Under the pieces are notes generated by a model that was not told the DNA's origin, made no database searches, and was given only the letters and a program-made list of their open reading frames with translations. Shown here one piece after another: positions 22,540-34,409 of a stretch of 64,000 nt of DNA. The position numbers and the translations under genes were made by a program. The stretch covers positions 1 to 64,000 of the forward strand of contig JYFJ02000634.1 in NCBI GenBank assembly GCA_000934665.2, in the 5' to 3' direction. The DNA comes from Catajapyx aquilonaris. Its lineage: Eukaryota. Positions within the stretch are counted from its first letter, which is position 1. Each line of letters begins with the position of its first letter.

Positions 22540-22990
22540 ACGATTCACGTGATCGTGGTGGCTCCTCAATCTCCGCCGCTATCTCGCACGTTGACGTCTG
22601 CGTCTGGAACGCGTCAGATGGAGTTCAATGACCCTGTCCCAAACAATATTGGCAAATCATGCGAGCGTAATTCGAGTAGACATTTTTCTCATTACCGTGA
22701 AAATTCACATTTGACAACAATGACATAGAATGTTAGTCTTATTTCCGGTTTCCAATGAACCAAACGACAAGCTGCCCTAGCTTGACCTTGGCGGACAGTG
22801 GGACCGGAAAATCGGAAGTGGCAGGTCACCGGAAGATGGCCATCTAAGGTCCGCTGAATCCGAAAACCCTTTGTCGCTATCGCTTGCGGTTTAGGCCCTG
22901 ATACCTGTCCACAGACGGACGGACGGACAGAGCCGTTCCATACAGGCCTGTTGTTTACGCCGTCACGATTTGAGCCTCGGTCGCACGACC

Positions 22991-23149
22991 AGATGCTTTG
23001 CGACCGACAAAAATGGGCTCTCCTAGGTCCGGTCGCAACGACTGGAGGCAAGCGACCTCCAAACCGACCAAAATAAAGATGGTGGCAAGCCTCCAGTCGT
23101 CCCAATAGGGACCTAGGGCTACCCATTTTTGTCGGTCGCAAAGCGTCTG
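22991..23149. mobile_element. Hairpin MITE 12 nt from the SK exon 11 donor
   Basis: Inverted arms cagatgctttgcgaccgacaaaaatggg / cccatttttgtcggtcgcaaagcgtctg. Confidence 0.75.
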
Positions 23150-23161
23150 TCGAAAACGTAC

Positions 23162-23231
23162 CTTGGCCATATCTGTGAGGGTGTTGGCGTTGTCCATCAG
23201 CTTCCGTTGGTCCATCTTCACCTTACGAAGC
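23162..23231 (-). CDS. SK: SK exon 11 (calmodulin-binding domain, LRKVKMDQRKLMDNANTLTDMAK)
   Basis: cttgcag| ... aag|gtacgt; 70 nt, phase 2 to 0. Confidence 0.96.
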
Positions 23232-23288
23232 CTGCAAGATAATCAAATCAGGCAACTGGGTCAGGAATGACCTGGCAGGGTCACTCAC

Positions 23289-23416
23289 GCATAGATGGCC
23301 AGCAGGAACTTCCTCTGGTGCGTTCTGACCCTGGAGGCGTTGACCCTCTTCACCAGCTTGGTGTACTTGTAGATAAGCCAAGTCTCGCGAAGAACGTTGG
23401 CAGCAGCGTTTTTCAT
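23289..23416 (-). CDS. SK: SK exon 10 (calmodulin-binding domain, [43 protein letters not shown])
   Basis: gcccccag| ... gc|gtgagt; 128 nt, phase 0 to 2. Confidence 0.96.
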
Positions 23417-23474
23417 CTGGGGGCAAAATAGTGAGGAGTGAAGGGGTCAAAGGTCACGTGCAAGTGCGACTCAC

Positions 23475-23585
23475 CCGCTTGGTAAGCTGCGTGTCCATCA
23501 TGAAGTTGTGCACGTGCTTCTCAGCCCGGGTCAGCTCCATCTTCCTGGACACGACCGCCACGAGAAGCGCCGTACACGCCGCTCC
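23475..23585 (-). CDS. SK: SK exon 9 (S6 and start of the CaM-binding domain, [37 protein letters not shown])
   Basis: ttgcgcag| ... cgg|gtgagt; 111 nt, phase 0 to 0. Confidence 0.96.
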
Positions 23586-24139
23586 CTGCGCAAGTCACAG
23601 AGGTCAGAGGTCACGGCGAAAACCAAAGCAACAGAACAGTGTTCAAAACAATAGGTACACCACTACCAACCTAAACGTCGCACACAACTGCATATTTTGT
23701 ATACTCACAGTACGGCAGGGTGAGTGCAGAGCATCTACTACACACAAAGGCGCCTCCTCCTCCTCCTCCCATCTCCTCCTTCCCCCACACCCAACCCACT
23801 GTATGTGTATGTGTGTGCAGGCTAAGTAAACACAGTCATGCACGGAGGAAAACACAGGTAGAACCACCGATTACCAGCGGGGGGAAGCCTCTTTCTAATT
23901 GGCAAGGGCGATTGTTTCAAGTCAGGTAATGGGGAGGGATAACTTCCGAGAGGTCATAGCGCGAGAAATAGAAAGAGAGAGATAGAGTAGATAGAAAGAG
24001 TGAGAGAGAGAGAGAGAGGGGTGAGAGAGAGGGAGGTGGATTAGCCAACGTCTCAACAGAACGCGTGGTTGGGCGGCTGAGGGAACGCGTCTGCCCGCTC
24101 TGGAAGGCGCCCGGTCGCGCGTCGGGAAATCCATCGAAT

Positions 24140-25400
24140 CTGTGATTGGCCAATAACATTAGAAACAGCCCTGATCGCAACTTCCTTAGCCAATAACAGG
24201 TATCAGAAAATAAGTAAGTCGCTATCAGGAATTGGACCATAGCAGTGATTGGTCAAAAACAGCTGCGATCGCAATTGCATCAGCCAATAACTGCTCTCAG
24301 AACCGAAGCAGGTTGGTGTAGTGGATATGGAGTCCGCCTGCTAATCGGGAGGTCCTGGGTTAGAATCCCGGGGCCGGCGACCCTGACCGTGGTTTTCTGT
24401 GGTTTTCCACGGTCCTCCCTGTATAATTCCGGGGTCGTTTCCGTAAAAACAGGCCACAGCCGCTTCCTTCCGTCCCTATCCTATCCCAAAAAGCAAATAA
24501 GATGAAAGCAAAGAGTTCCAGTCAAAACAAAAATTTCCCCCCTAAAGAGCCGCTGGCTGATAACGGGGTATGAATTTATTTGTTTATTTATAACTGCTAT
24601 CAGACAATAACCGGTCTTCTGCTTTAGCTAATAGCAGTGATTGGTCAAAAATGCGATCGCATCTGAGTTAGCCAATAACTGCTATCAAACAATAACTTAC
24701 CCCATCTTGGATTGCCCAATAGAAGTGATTGCTCACTGCGATCGCACCCGCATTGGCCAATAACAGCTCTCATACAATTATTGGTCTCTATCCTAAATTG
24801 GCCAACCAGTGATTGCTGCGATCGCATTAGCTAATAACTGCTATCAGGCCATAACTGCAGCTCTTTTACCGACAACTTATTAACCGATTGCTGATGTTGG
24901 TCAGAAACAGTTGGTGACTAATAATTACTCTCAGGAAATAATAGATATTAGCCAAAACACGATTAGCTAATCACTGTTCTGGCCAAAATCTGCTGGTAGC
25001 CTAACTGCTAGTAGCTAATCACTGTTCTGCAATAGCATTAGCCAATAACAGCTATCAGGCAATAACTCATGCAGCCAGTCAGCTATTTTGGAGATGACTT
25101 ATTAGCCGATTGGTGATGTTGTCCACAATTGGTGACTGCTTTCAATAAATAACAGCTATTAACCATACTGCTAATTTTCACACCCGTTCCTACTGGTCAA
25201 ACTCTATTTGAAATAACAGTTATTATATCATCCTGCTCTGGACAAAACAGCTATTAGCCAGCCAATCACGGCTTTGGCCCATTTCTGATATTAGCCAAAA
25301 CTGTTATAAGCAAACTGCGATTTGTCATAACCGTTATTAGCTAATCACTTTTCTAGCCCTTATCTGCTATTGAACAGCCCAAATAACTGCGATTAGCTAC
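24140..25400. repeat. Degenerate satellite of agccaataactgctatcag / gtgattggtc motifs
   Basis: Many imperfect copies across the span, interrupted by the SINE. Confidence 0.75.
24308..24490 (+). mobile_element. tRNA-derived SINE
   Basis: A box TGGTGTAGTGG and B box GGTTAGAATCC in a tRNA-like head. Body ggttttctgtggttttcc...ggccacagccgcttccttcc is typical of arthropod SINEs. Confidence 0.8.
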
Positions 25401-25707
25401 ACCCCACTTTTTGTTAATCAATTTGGGGCTATGATTAGGCTTAGTCTTGGGTCAGTATGTTCATCCAGTCCGGGGCCACATCGTGGTAGGGGCGGCCCCG
25501 GGGCAGCAGGCGCCTTCCAGAGCGGGCCGATGAGTCGGTGGAAGGGGGCGGTGCAAGCGGCGGCGTGAAAAGAGACGTTTTTTGGGGGCAAGCTTTGAGT
25601 GGCCAACAGTCGTGTGTGGGCTTGTACGGGACAGATTTGGGATGAGTGCAGGTCAAGAGGGGGTTGGGAAGGAAAGGTGACGGGACGAGGTCAAAGGTGA
25701 GACTTAC

Positions 25708-25843
25708 CATCATGCCAGTAGTGACTGCGATGCCCCGTCCGCAGTAAGTGTTGGGCACGATGTCGCCATATCCAACGCTCAGGAAGGTAATGGCGATGAG
25801 CCACATTGAGTTGAGCAGGTTGGCGTGGTCCACGTCATGGTAC
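25708..25843 (-). CDS. SK: SK pore exon 8B ([45 protein letters not shown]), mutually exclusive
   Basis: ctcaccag|G ... atg|gtaagt; 136 nt, phase 2 to 0; GYG selectivity filter. Confidence 0.95.
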
Positions 25844-26517
25844 CTGGTGAGGGCGGGAACGGACACTCGGGGCGTACCCGGGGCAAGAGAGACAGGGGCG
25901 GGCCGAAAAGGGGGGAACAAATGGGAACGGACTAGGAGGAACCAAAAATCAACAACAAACAATCAACAACAGAAAAATGACGCAGCCCTGTTCTTCTGCA
26001 CTGAGGCCCAGCAAGTCAATAAACCGACAACCGACGGTGCTGTATACAGACCGCGAATTTAAAAGGGAAGTGGAAGAGAAGAGAGAGAGAGAGGAAGAGA
26101 GGAAGAGAAAGAAATAGAGACAGAGAGAGCCACAGGGTGGAAGGACATACTGCGACGCCCCTTCGATCCCACCCAAAAAAGAGGTCAAAAGGTCGCGACC
26201 GACCGACGAAGGCCCCGAGATCCGGTTAGAGCCCAGCAGCCAGCGAGAAGCTAGCCAGCCAGCAATGGTTGGGGAGGTCGAGGTAAGGGTGAGGTCAAAG
26301 GTGAAAGGTCTTCGGTGGCAAACGAGCAAGCAGGATGACACAGTACCGGCGCAGGTGCAGCGAACGACAAGGCAATAAAAAAGGCAGTTTTATGACAGGC
26401 GCATGCAGGCCATGGTCACGTCACGCCACGGACGACATCGAGGTGGTGGAGGGGACATCATTTGGTGGGGGATCCAGGTCAAGGGTCAGCCAACGGTCGG
26501 GACGGATGGACACTTAC

Positions 26518-26653
26518 CATCATGCCGCAGCTGACGCAAATGGCTCGTCCGCAGAGTGTGTTTGGGACGATGTCCCCGTACCCTACGCACAGGAAGGTTA
26601 TGGCGATCAGCCACATTGCGTTTAGCAGGTTGGCATGGTCCTCGTCATGGTAC
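26518..26653 (-). CDS. SK: SK pore exon 8A ([45 protein letters not shown]), mutually exclusive
   Basis: cctcgcag|G ... atg|gtaagt; 136 nt, same phases as 8B. Confidence 0.93.
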
Positions 26654-28938
26654 CTGCGAGGGGACGTAGCGGGCCTCCAGATAGACACACACACAGATAG
26701 AGACAGTAGTAGAGAGTAGACAGTCAGAGAGAATTTCACGGATCGAGGAGGACTGTTCTGGAGTCGGGACATCTCAGGAGACGGGACATATACCCCGCAG
26801 TGCAGCACAGCCTCCCAATAAGGAGCCCTTTGTAATGACATCCCATGAAATCAATGCCTGATCATATTCAGCCCCCAAATTGCTCGTTTCATTGCAGGGC
26901 CATCACTATTTTAATGGCCCGCCATATTGGTTTCTTTTTTTTTTTTAGAAAGCAGAAATGGCTGTGCTATCCGCTGCGGAAAATGGGGTTTGTTGGAAGC
27001 AGGGAAATGGAGGGAGGTTCCTTTTTTGTTGTTGTTGGGTGATTGGAGGGGGAGCCTCTTTCCGTGTTTGGTCTGCAGGTGGGCCCCCGATACAAAAGCG
27101 AGTGATGGAAAAAGACCAGGAAGTTGGATCAGAAAATCTCGGGGGTGCAAACACATCATTGGAAAAACACCAGGGTGGCCCCTCCTTCCATCGCCTCCTT
27201 AAGGCCGGATAGACCCAGTTTACATGCGATTTTCAAAGCTATGACACGCTGTTCAACTTGAATGCGCTACATATCCCTTCGGAAGCGCACTATCTGGATG
27301 ATTAGGAACGATTCAGCTACACATGACAAGGATAGTGCGCTTTACATTAAGATCCTTTAACTCTGGTTGGATTTTCAAAGCGAATTTGGATAAATCGCCT
27401 TAAACTCCAATGAGCAGCTGTCCATTCAGAAGCGCACTATCTGACTACTCTTGCATGATCAGGAGATATTCAATTTCACATGACAAGGATAGTGTGCTTT
27501 ATCTTGTGACGCTCTAGCTTTGGTTGGAGCCACGTTACATAGGCTTTTCAAAGCGAATTAGTCTAAATCGCCTTAAACTCCAATGAGTTGTCCATTCAGA
27601 AGGATCTATCTGGATACTCTTCCTTGATTCCGCGTAATTCAGTTTCACGTGACAAGGATAGTGCGCTTTATGTTGAAACGCTCTGACTTTGAGTGGAGCT
27701 AATTGATGTAAAGCGCCTTAAACGACTACCTGTCCCTTCGGAAACTCACTATCAGCATTCTCTTGCCGTTTCACGTCAATTTCGACGCCAATATGACAAA
27801 TATAGTTCGCTTCATATTGGCATGCTCTAACTTTGGTTGGAGCGCATCAGGAAGGAGCGCAAAGTAAATCGCTCCATTACTGCCGTGTAAATGGTAATAA
27901 AGCGCGTCGAATTCAACGAGTGTTCAGATGCCTCTCTCCGTTAATCAACCTCAACCGGTTTGAATCAGATATATCAACTCGTTTGGAATGTCCCATGTAA
28001 CGTGGCTCCATGCCTAGATAATGCGCTTTATTATGAAGCGCTCTAACTGAATGACATGTAAACTGGCTCGTGTAATACAGCTGAGTGGGCCAACCTGTTG
28101 TCATTTGGTGTAAATAGGAGCAGTCATCCAGTCCAGACGATGCCTGTTCAGGTGCTAATGTTGATTAAAGGTTTGATAAAAAAATAATAATTTTCGAAAC
28201 AAATGAACGCCCCCCCCGGAGCAGTGTGAGTGTGTGCTATTAGCGTAACAGTGGTGTCGAGAAAAAAATAAATGTGCGTGTGAATTGGCTAGTGAGGGGT
28301 GAGTGAATGAATTGAATTGGCCAAGCGGGATAAGCCGGCGCATGCTGTGTGAAAGGGGGGGTCATAGGTCGGGTTTAAAGGTCAGTGGACTCTCCTTTTT
28401 TTAATGGGCGGGGATGCTCTTTTTTTTTTTTGATTGAATTGAGACTTACGTGGGTTGGCTCCTGTCGGGGCGGCGCAAACTCTTCCTAACCAGACTATTC
28501 TCTCCCGATCACGGAACTCTGGCTATAGGAAGGAGTCTAGTGTAGTGGTCAGTATATGCGGAGGGTAGGAGGTGGGGTAGGGGGCCCCAGTGCGTCAGAT
28601 GGCGCCTCGGCTGCAATAGTCCTCGGCCGGAGAGAGAGAGACTGGCACGCGCGAATGGACCAGCAGGAGCCTGTTTGCCCTATTAATCAACTGGCCGCCC
28701 TATAGATCCCAATCTATATGATTCATCATCTCTTTCTCTCTCCTGCTGCATGGGAACCGTCAAATGAATCCGGAAAAAATGAGATAAAGGTGATAGCTGG
28801 CTGATTGGTGGGGTGGGTGGGTGGGGGTGTGGGCAGGTGGGTCTAATATCTAAGTTCTTCTAAGTCTTGTTCCATTCATCCGTGTTATGCAACACAACCC
28901 GAGTGGAAGATCTGGGGTGGGGAAAAAAAGGACCATAC

Positions 28939-29206
28939 CTCTCGCACTGTCTGAGCGTCCAGGAGGCGATGATCCAGAGGGAGACCATGAAGACGAGGAG
29001 GACCGTCCCTGGGCAGATGGTCATGAGCGTCTTGAGCACGAATCGGGTGTTGAAGTTGATTCGGTTGAGGGCGCCGATGGAGCGCGAGGAGGCGTCCGTG
29101 AACAGCTTCGAGTGAAGGAGCATCACTCGGCAGATCAGGTACAGGCGCAGGAACATGGGCAGGCTCAGGGCCACGTCCACCGGAACAGACTTGGACCACT
29201 CCGACT
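28939..29206 (-). CDS. SK: SK exon 7 (S4-S5)
   Basis: atttccag| ... ag|gtatgg; [43 protein letters not shown]...WTLRQCER; 268 nt, phase 1 to 2. Confidence 0.97.
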
Positions 29207-29264
29207 CTGGAAATGGGAAAACCATCGGGATCGTTCTTTCCAGTAAAGCATCACGATGACTGAC

Positions 29265-29427
29265 CTGGTGCGTTGGGCTTGTTGGATAGTTTAGTGGTCC
29301 AGATGAAGTAGTGCTCCCCCGGAACAGGATGGATGGCGCAGATGATGAGCTCCAGAGCGATCTGTGCGCTTCTCTGGAGGGTCATGGCGATGCGCCAGTC
29401 GTCCGCACAGTTGTCGATCATAAACAG
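29265..29427 (-). CDS. SK: SK exon 6 (S2-S3 loop, S3)
   Basis: cttgccag| [47 protein letters not shown] ... g|gtcagt; 163 nt, phase 0 to 1. Confidence 0.96.
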
Positions 29428-29751
29428 CTGGCAAGGAAAAAGAAGGGAAGGACACTAGAGGTCAGCACTCATTCTGTTTTATACCACCTCCCACCCACCC
29501 TCCCCATCCTCCTTATTATCTGCGCCCTGAATGCGGAAAGCGTGCCGGAAACGGCCCGCACTTAACATTTTATGTGGCAGTGATTCCTCCTCACACGACG
29601 ACGACGACTATAAATCCACGTCGTCCCTGCTTCTCTCGAATCATCGAGCTATCCCCCCCACCCTTGGATATATATATTACATGGAGACATCCCCCCTCCC
29701 ATAAGGACAGGCGATGAAGAGAACTGGTGCTGGACAAGGGGATTGGCTGAC

Positions 29752-29847
29752 CTGTACTTCCAGAGCGTGGTAGGCGACGATGAGTCCCAGTAGGATGACC
29801 GTCGAGACGGAGATGAGAGTCTTCAGCGCCGTCGACCAAAATGAACT
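29752..29847 (-). CDS. SK: SK exon 5 (S2)
   Basis: tattgcag| SSFWSTALKTLISVSTVILLGLIVAYHALEVQ |gtcagc; 96 nt. Confidence 0.96.
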
Positions 29848-30322
29848 CTGCAATAACACAACCAGGTCAATACTTGCTGGATATATCACGAATTTCTCCT
29901 GGTGTATCAACACACACTCTCTCTCTCTTTAAGGCGAGCCAGACAGATTGTTGAAGGTTGGATCGACTTATCTGGCGGAGCGATTGGGTACACTCCCTTG
30001 CGTAAATAGTGGAGGAATCGTCTGAGGGGTTTGCACAGGTGCCAGCCCCTCCGGAGGTCCATAAGAGAGAAAATGGCTCCGGATTGTGTTTCCCCTTTCT
30101 CCCCTCAAATCGTCCCCCCATCCCAAGGCAAACAGCTTCCAACCAGAGACTCCTATTCAATTATTACGAGTTACGCCCACTCCGCTCCTTGTACTTTACG
30201 CGTGTTTATGCGCTCGTTAATTAGAGGAACGTTGCTCTCCGGAGAAGTGCCCAAAACTTTAGTTCATCCTCATGTTCAAATCGGTCGCTTAAGACCTATC
30301 CGTCCAATTACAGACGAATTTC

Positions 30323-30745
30323 TTTACGAGCGCAACCGAGTGCGCACCACAGTTCGCGCAGCATGCAGGGTTGGCATTATCAATGATAGCTGGTTAGCTC
30401 TCTGTACAACAGGGTGGCTCTAAAGTCTGGATATGTAATTTGATTGTACTGTTGATTGCCAGTTGTGCAAACTCCAAGTGCCAACCCCTTTACTAAATGT
30501 CGACAATCCGCTAGTTGGCACAACTGGCAACCAACAATGCAATCCAATTACCTAAGTATCCATACCGGTACTTTAAGAGTCACCTTAGTGGGTGTACTGC
30601 GCTGCACTTATTTCCAACGCTACGCTCGAGGGAACACAAAATCTTCGTGAAATGGCGCGAATTTTTTGCTCCTCTGGCAACGTTGTTATCGTAACAATGG
30701 AGCTGCGCGAGTGTGGGTGCGCACTCTCAGCTACTCTCGTTAAAA
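30323..30745. mobile_element. MITE family with ~40-bp TIR (TACGAGCGCAACCGAGTGCGCACC...); other copies ~20700-20810, 32318-32460, 40658-41090, 41142-41470, 53505-53800, 53945-54225, 57890-58510
   Basis: Inverted termini and the internal cgtagcgttggaaataag motif are shared among the copies. Confidence 0.78.
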
Positions 30746-32042
30746 CAAGATTGGAAAATCCCAGCGGGATTCGAGCATACATTTTCTCATTGCCAAGGAA
30801 ATTCTAACTGGACAACAACGACATAGAATGTAGTCAGTCTCATTGCTCGTTGCCAAGAAATCAGGGGCACCCGTCTGTAGACTTGGCCTTGGTGAACCCG
30901 GAAAACCAGAAGTGGCCGGTCACCGGAAGTTGTCCACGAACCCTATATAGGGTCCACTGAATCCGAATCCGAAAACCGTTTTTCGCTATCTCTCGCGGTT
31001 TAGGTCCTGATACCTGTCAACGGACAGACAGACGGACAGAGCCGTTCGATATGACTTTTTGTATAGAAAAAGGCTAAAAATCAGCTACACTAACAAACGG
31101 CTTAGGAACCGGACAGTATGGTAGGTCAACTATGGGCAGTATGGTTTGGTCCAGGTTGGGCGACACCATTTTTGGTCTGGACCAAAGAGTCTCCCAGAAA
31201 GTGGCAATATTGCTATGCACGATCATGCTCGGAGATTTATGTCGCATATTTTTGCCAAAATTGCCAAAACAGCTAGAGAGATGGCCCGGGGTGGGTGGAA
31301 GCCCAAAATGGGTAGATTAGTGTGGGGGGGTTAAAGAATGGGGTTACGTGAGATGGTGCATGAAGGGCCCGGCTGCTAATCCCCACTGGGGCAATAAAAA
31401 GCTCCGGTCCTGATGGGAGGTGACCCCGTTGACCCCGCAGCCATCGATCTAACCCAGCCACAGGATCACACCCCTTCACCTCTTCATCCCCCTCGAAACA
31501 GAAAAAAAAGCAAGGAAAATCAAGCCGCAAGGATCCCCCCTGCGCCCCACATAAATTCCTCCCAGATTGGATTAAGGATTACAGAGGGGTAAACTAGCCC
31601 ATCCTCTGGGCATGTGATCGATCCAAATCCTGGTCGTAAAAAAAGCGCGGGAGAATGGAGCCCGAAGTGACCCTGTGAATGAGCCGGCGACAAAGTCACT
31701 CGCTTCCTTCCCTTCCCATCGATTCTCACCTTGTCGATGACACGTCCTTCCTTCCTTCCTTCTCTTTCTACACTATCTCCCTGTGCCATCCCGCCCTTGT
31801 CGTTACGCCTAATTAAACGGAGACAAGTGGGNGGGGGGGGACTCTAGCCCTCCCTGGTCTAATCACCTTTTCACAATTATTACGCTCCAGACGATGCCGA
31901 TGATGATGATGATGATGAGCGACCTTTTGCAAAGGATCACGTAGGCCTATACTATCGGCAGTTCAGCCGGGATGGAAGGAAAGAAGTTTGGTTGTCACCA
32001 GGGATCAGCTCCCTGCAACTACTATCAAGTAGCGTACGTAAA

Positions 32043-32242
32043 GAGTCTCCACCACGCCGGATTTGGCGCTGGCGTCGCTCACTGGGGGCCGGCGGGTTGC
32101 CAGGCTCACTCGGGCTGACGCCCTCTGAACCACCTCTTCCCCCTGTCCGCATATTCGGGCCGCCACAGTCCGAATGCGCCTGGCAACCGTCTGGCCCCCG
32201 GTGTGCGACGCCAGCGCCAAATCCGGCGTGGCGGAGGCTCCC
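32043..32242. mobile_element. GC-rich palindromic MITE
   Basis: Arms ccacgccggatttggcgctggcgtcgc / gcgacgccagcgccaaatccggcgtgg with further internal pairing. Confidence 0.7.
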
Positions 32243-33776
32243 TAAGTACACTACCGGCACCATAAGGAAATGGTGGGAGTTCAGGGGGCTGCATTCGGGT
32301 TATAGTAGGTTAGGATATGAACGAAACAGAGTGCGCAATACAGTTAACGCATTATTAATGATGCGTGGTAAGCTCTCTCAGTATAGTGGATGCACACTGC
32401 GCTGGACTTGTTTCCAACGCTACGCTCGAGGGGAGCAAAATGGCCGACGTTTGCGACGTTGTCAAATCTCTGGATATAGCCTCAGAGGCTACGGATGCGA
32501 ATTATTTTATCTAGTTTTGTCTCATTTTCCAGGTCACACCAGACCAGGTCGTACGAAATAAGCGGCTTATTTATTCCTATAAGCTCTTAGAACAATAACA
32601 TAGCTACAGCAACGCGCTTTCAACTACTTCTGACACTCCACTTGACGACTTGAGACAAGTCCCGATCTGACAATTGGTACAAATAGGGTGCAAAACAGGC
32701 AGTTCCCTCGACAAGAAGTCTTCGGGTGGCCACTTTGGGTTACCTTCCGGGGGTAGGAAGCGGGCCCTGAATTCGGATGAGTCCCTTAACCGCCTGTGGC
32801 CCCGGGTAACAAAATGGAAGCCTGACGAGTTCCGGACAACAAAGAGGACTGGAAGGTCCGCCATTTTGAATTATGCAGCAACGGGGAGGGCCCGGGATAA
32901 GAAAAAGAAAAGAGGAAAAATCCTTCTTCGAGGATGGGAGACAAATATAAAGGAGGAGGAGGAGGGGGAAAAAAAGTCCGGCTAGAAAACAGAGAAAAGA
33001 AGCTGGGTGGGATCGCCTAGTGGTGAGAAACGAGCCTCTTGAGGAAACGGAAGGTGGGGGATAAGAAAAAGGGAGGAATTGTTTAAAAATATATCAATAA
33101 TGAAAAGAGAAAGTGTGGAGTGAAAGGCAAGGCACCGGATAATAAAGGCTGCGGAGAAGCTTCTTCCAGTCCCCGAATTAAAACTTGTGCCGAGAGAGAG
33201 AGAAATGGAGCGGGGGAAATAGCTGATTGGTCCAGAAGAAAGATGGCTCCCTCCGTGTCGGAGCGGAAGTTGGGGAAAGGACGAGGGGGAGAGGGGAGGA
33301 GAGGTGGGGACGAAGTGGGCACAAACCCAAAAAAAGAAGAAGAAAAAAGGTAGTGGGTCGATACAGCGTGTAAGTGTTCGACATAAGGAGATCACTCTTA
33401 AGAATTTGGGCCGCAGTTTACTTTTCTGGAAAGAAGAACTGTTACTTCAATCATGTCAACACTGCTCGGGTCGATCGCGTAGCAGTTACAGATGTAGCAG
33501 TCCAGATATTTAGTGGAGCGAATTTTATCTAACCTACTTAATTTTTAAAATTATAATTGGGCGCAAACTTACAGTCTAAACGCATGCTTTAAACCACGCT
33601 TTTATTTTCCGCTTTTCACCCGACATGCCGGGGCAAAATTGCCTACTCTGCCCAGGGCCAGGAGAAAAGGTGTGGTGTATGTCAGAAAGTCAAAAATGAT
33701 TATAATTACAGCGCCCTCCCTTGGGAACCTCCACTTCCCCCCTAAAAGGGCTCCACCCTATCACGAAGTAAATTAA

Positions 33777-33792
33777 AACAACAACAACAACA

Positions 33793-33843
<51 letters not shown>
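33777..33843. repeat. (AAC)n(GAC)n microsatellite
   Basis: Directly visible. Confidence 0.95.
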
Positions 33844-33844
<1 letters not shown>

Positions 33845-34121
33845 TATTATTGCAAATATCAAAATTTCATGTCGACTTTAAATTCGATTTCAAACTTCGA
33901 CTTAAATTTTGACTTCAGAAGAGCCCTTTAAACTTTGACTTTGACCCTAAGTTTAAAATGTATAGGCTTTAACATTCAAATTAGACATGTAACTTTCACT
34001 TACTGTTTAAACGTATGCTTACACTACTTACCGGTACTGTTAGACTTAAAGCTTAGACTTTAAACTGATATTTTAAGCTTAGGCTTAGACTTGAAATGTA
34101 AAAGTAGACATTTTAAAAAGC

Positions 34122-34409
34122 AGTTACAAGTAGCAGCTTAAGGAGTTACAAGTAGCAGCTCAAGGAGTAGTTACAAGTAGCAGCTTAAAAGTAGTTACAA
34201 GTAGCAGCTTAAAAGTAGTTACAAGTAGCAGCTTAAGGAGTAGTTACAAGTAACAGCTTAAGGAGTATAGTTACAAGTAGCAGCTTAAAGAGTAGTTACA
34301 AGTAGCAGCTTAAAGAGTAGCTACAAGTAGCAGCTTGAAAGTAGTTACAAATAGCAGCTTAAGGAGTATAGTTACAAGTAGCAGCTTAAAGAGTTGTTAC
34401 AAGTAGCAG
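34122..34409. repeat. Minisatellite, ~22-27-bp unit agttacaagtagcagcttaa(a/gg)agt, about 11-12 copies
   Basis: Head-to-tail repeats with no unique spacers. Confidence 0.93.

Noticed and set aside
24308..24380. tRNA gene
   Set aside because: A and B boxes are present but the acceptor stem is poor and the sequence continues into a SINE body.
34122..34409. Regular ~23-bp direct repeats resembling a CRISPR array
   Set aside because: Units are head-to-tail with no unique spacers, there are no cas genes, and the context is a eukaryotic intron; it is a minisatellite.
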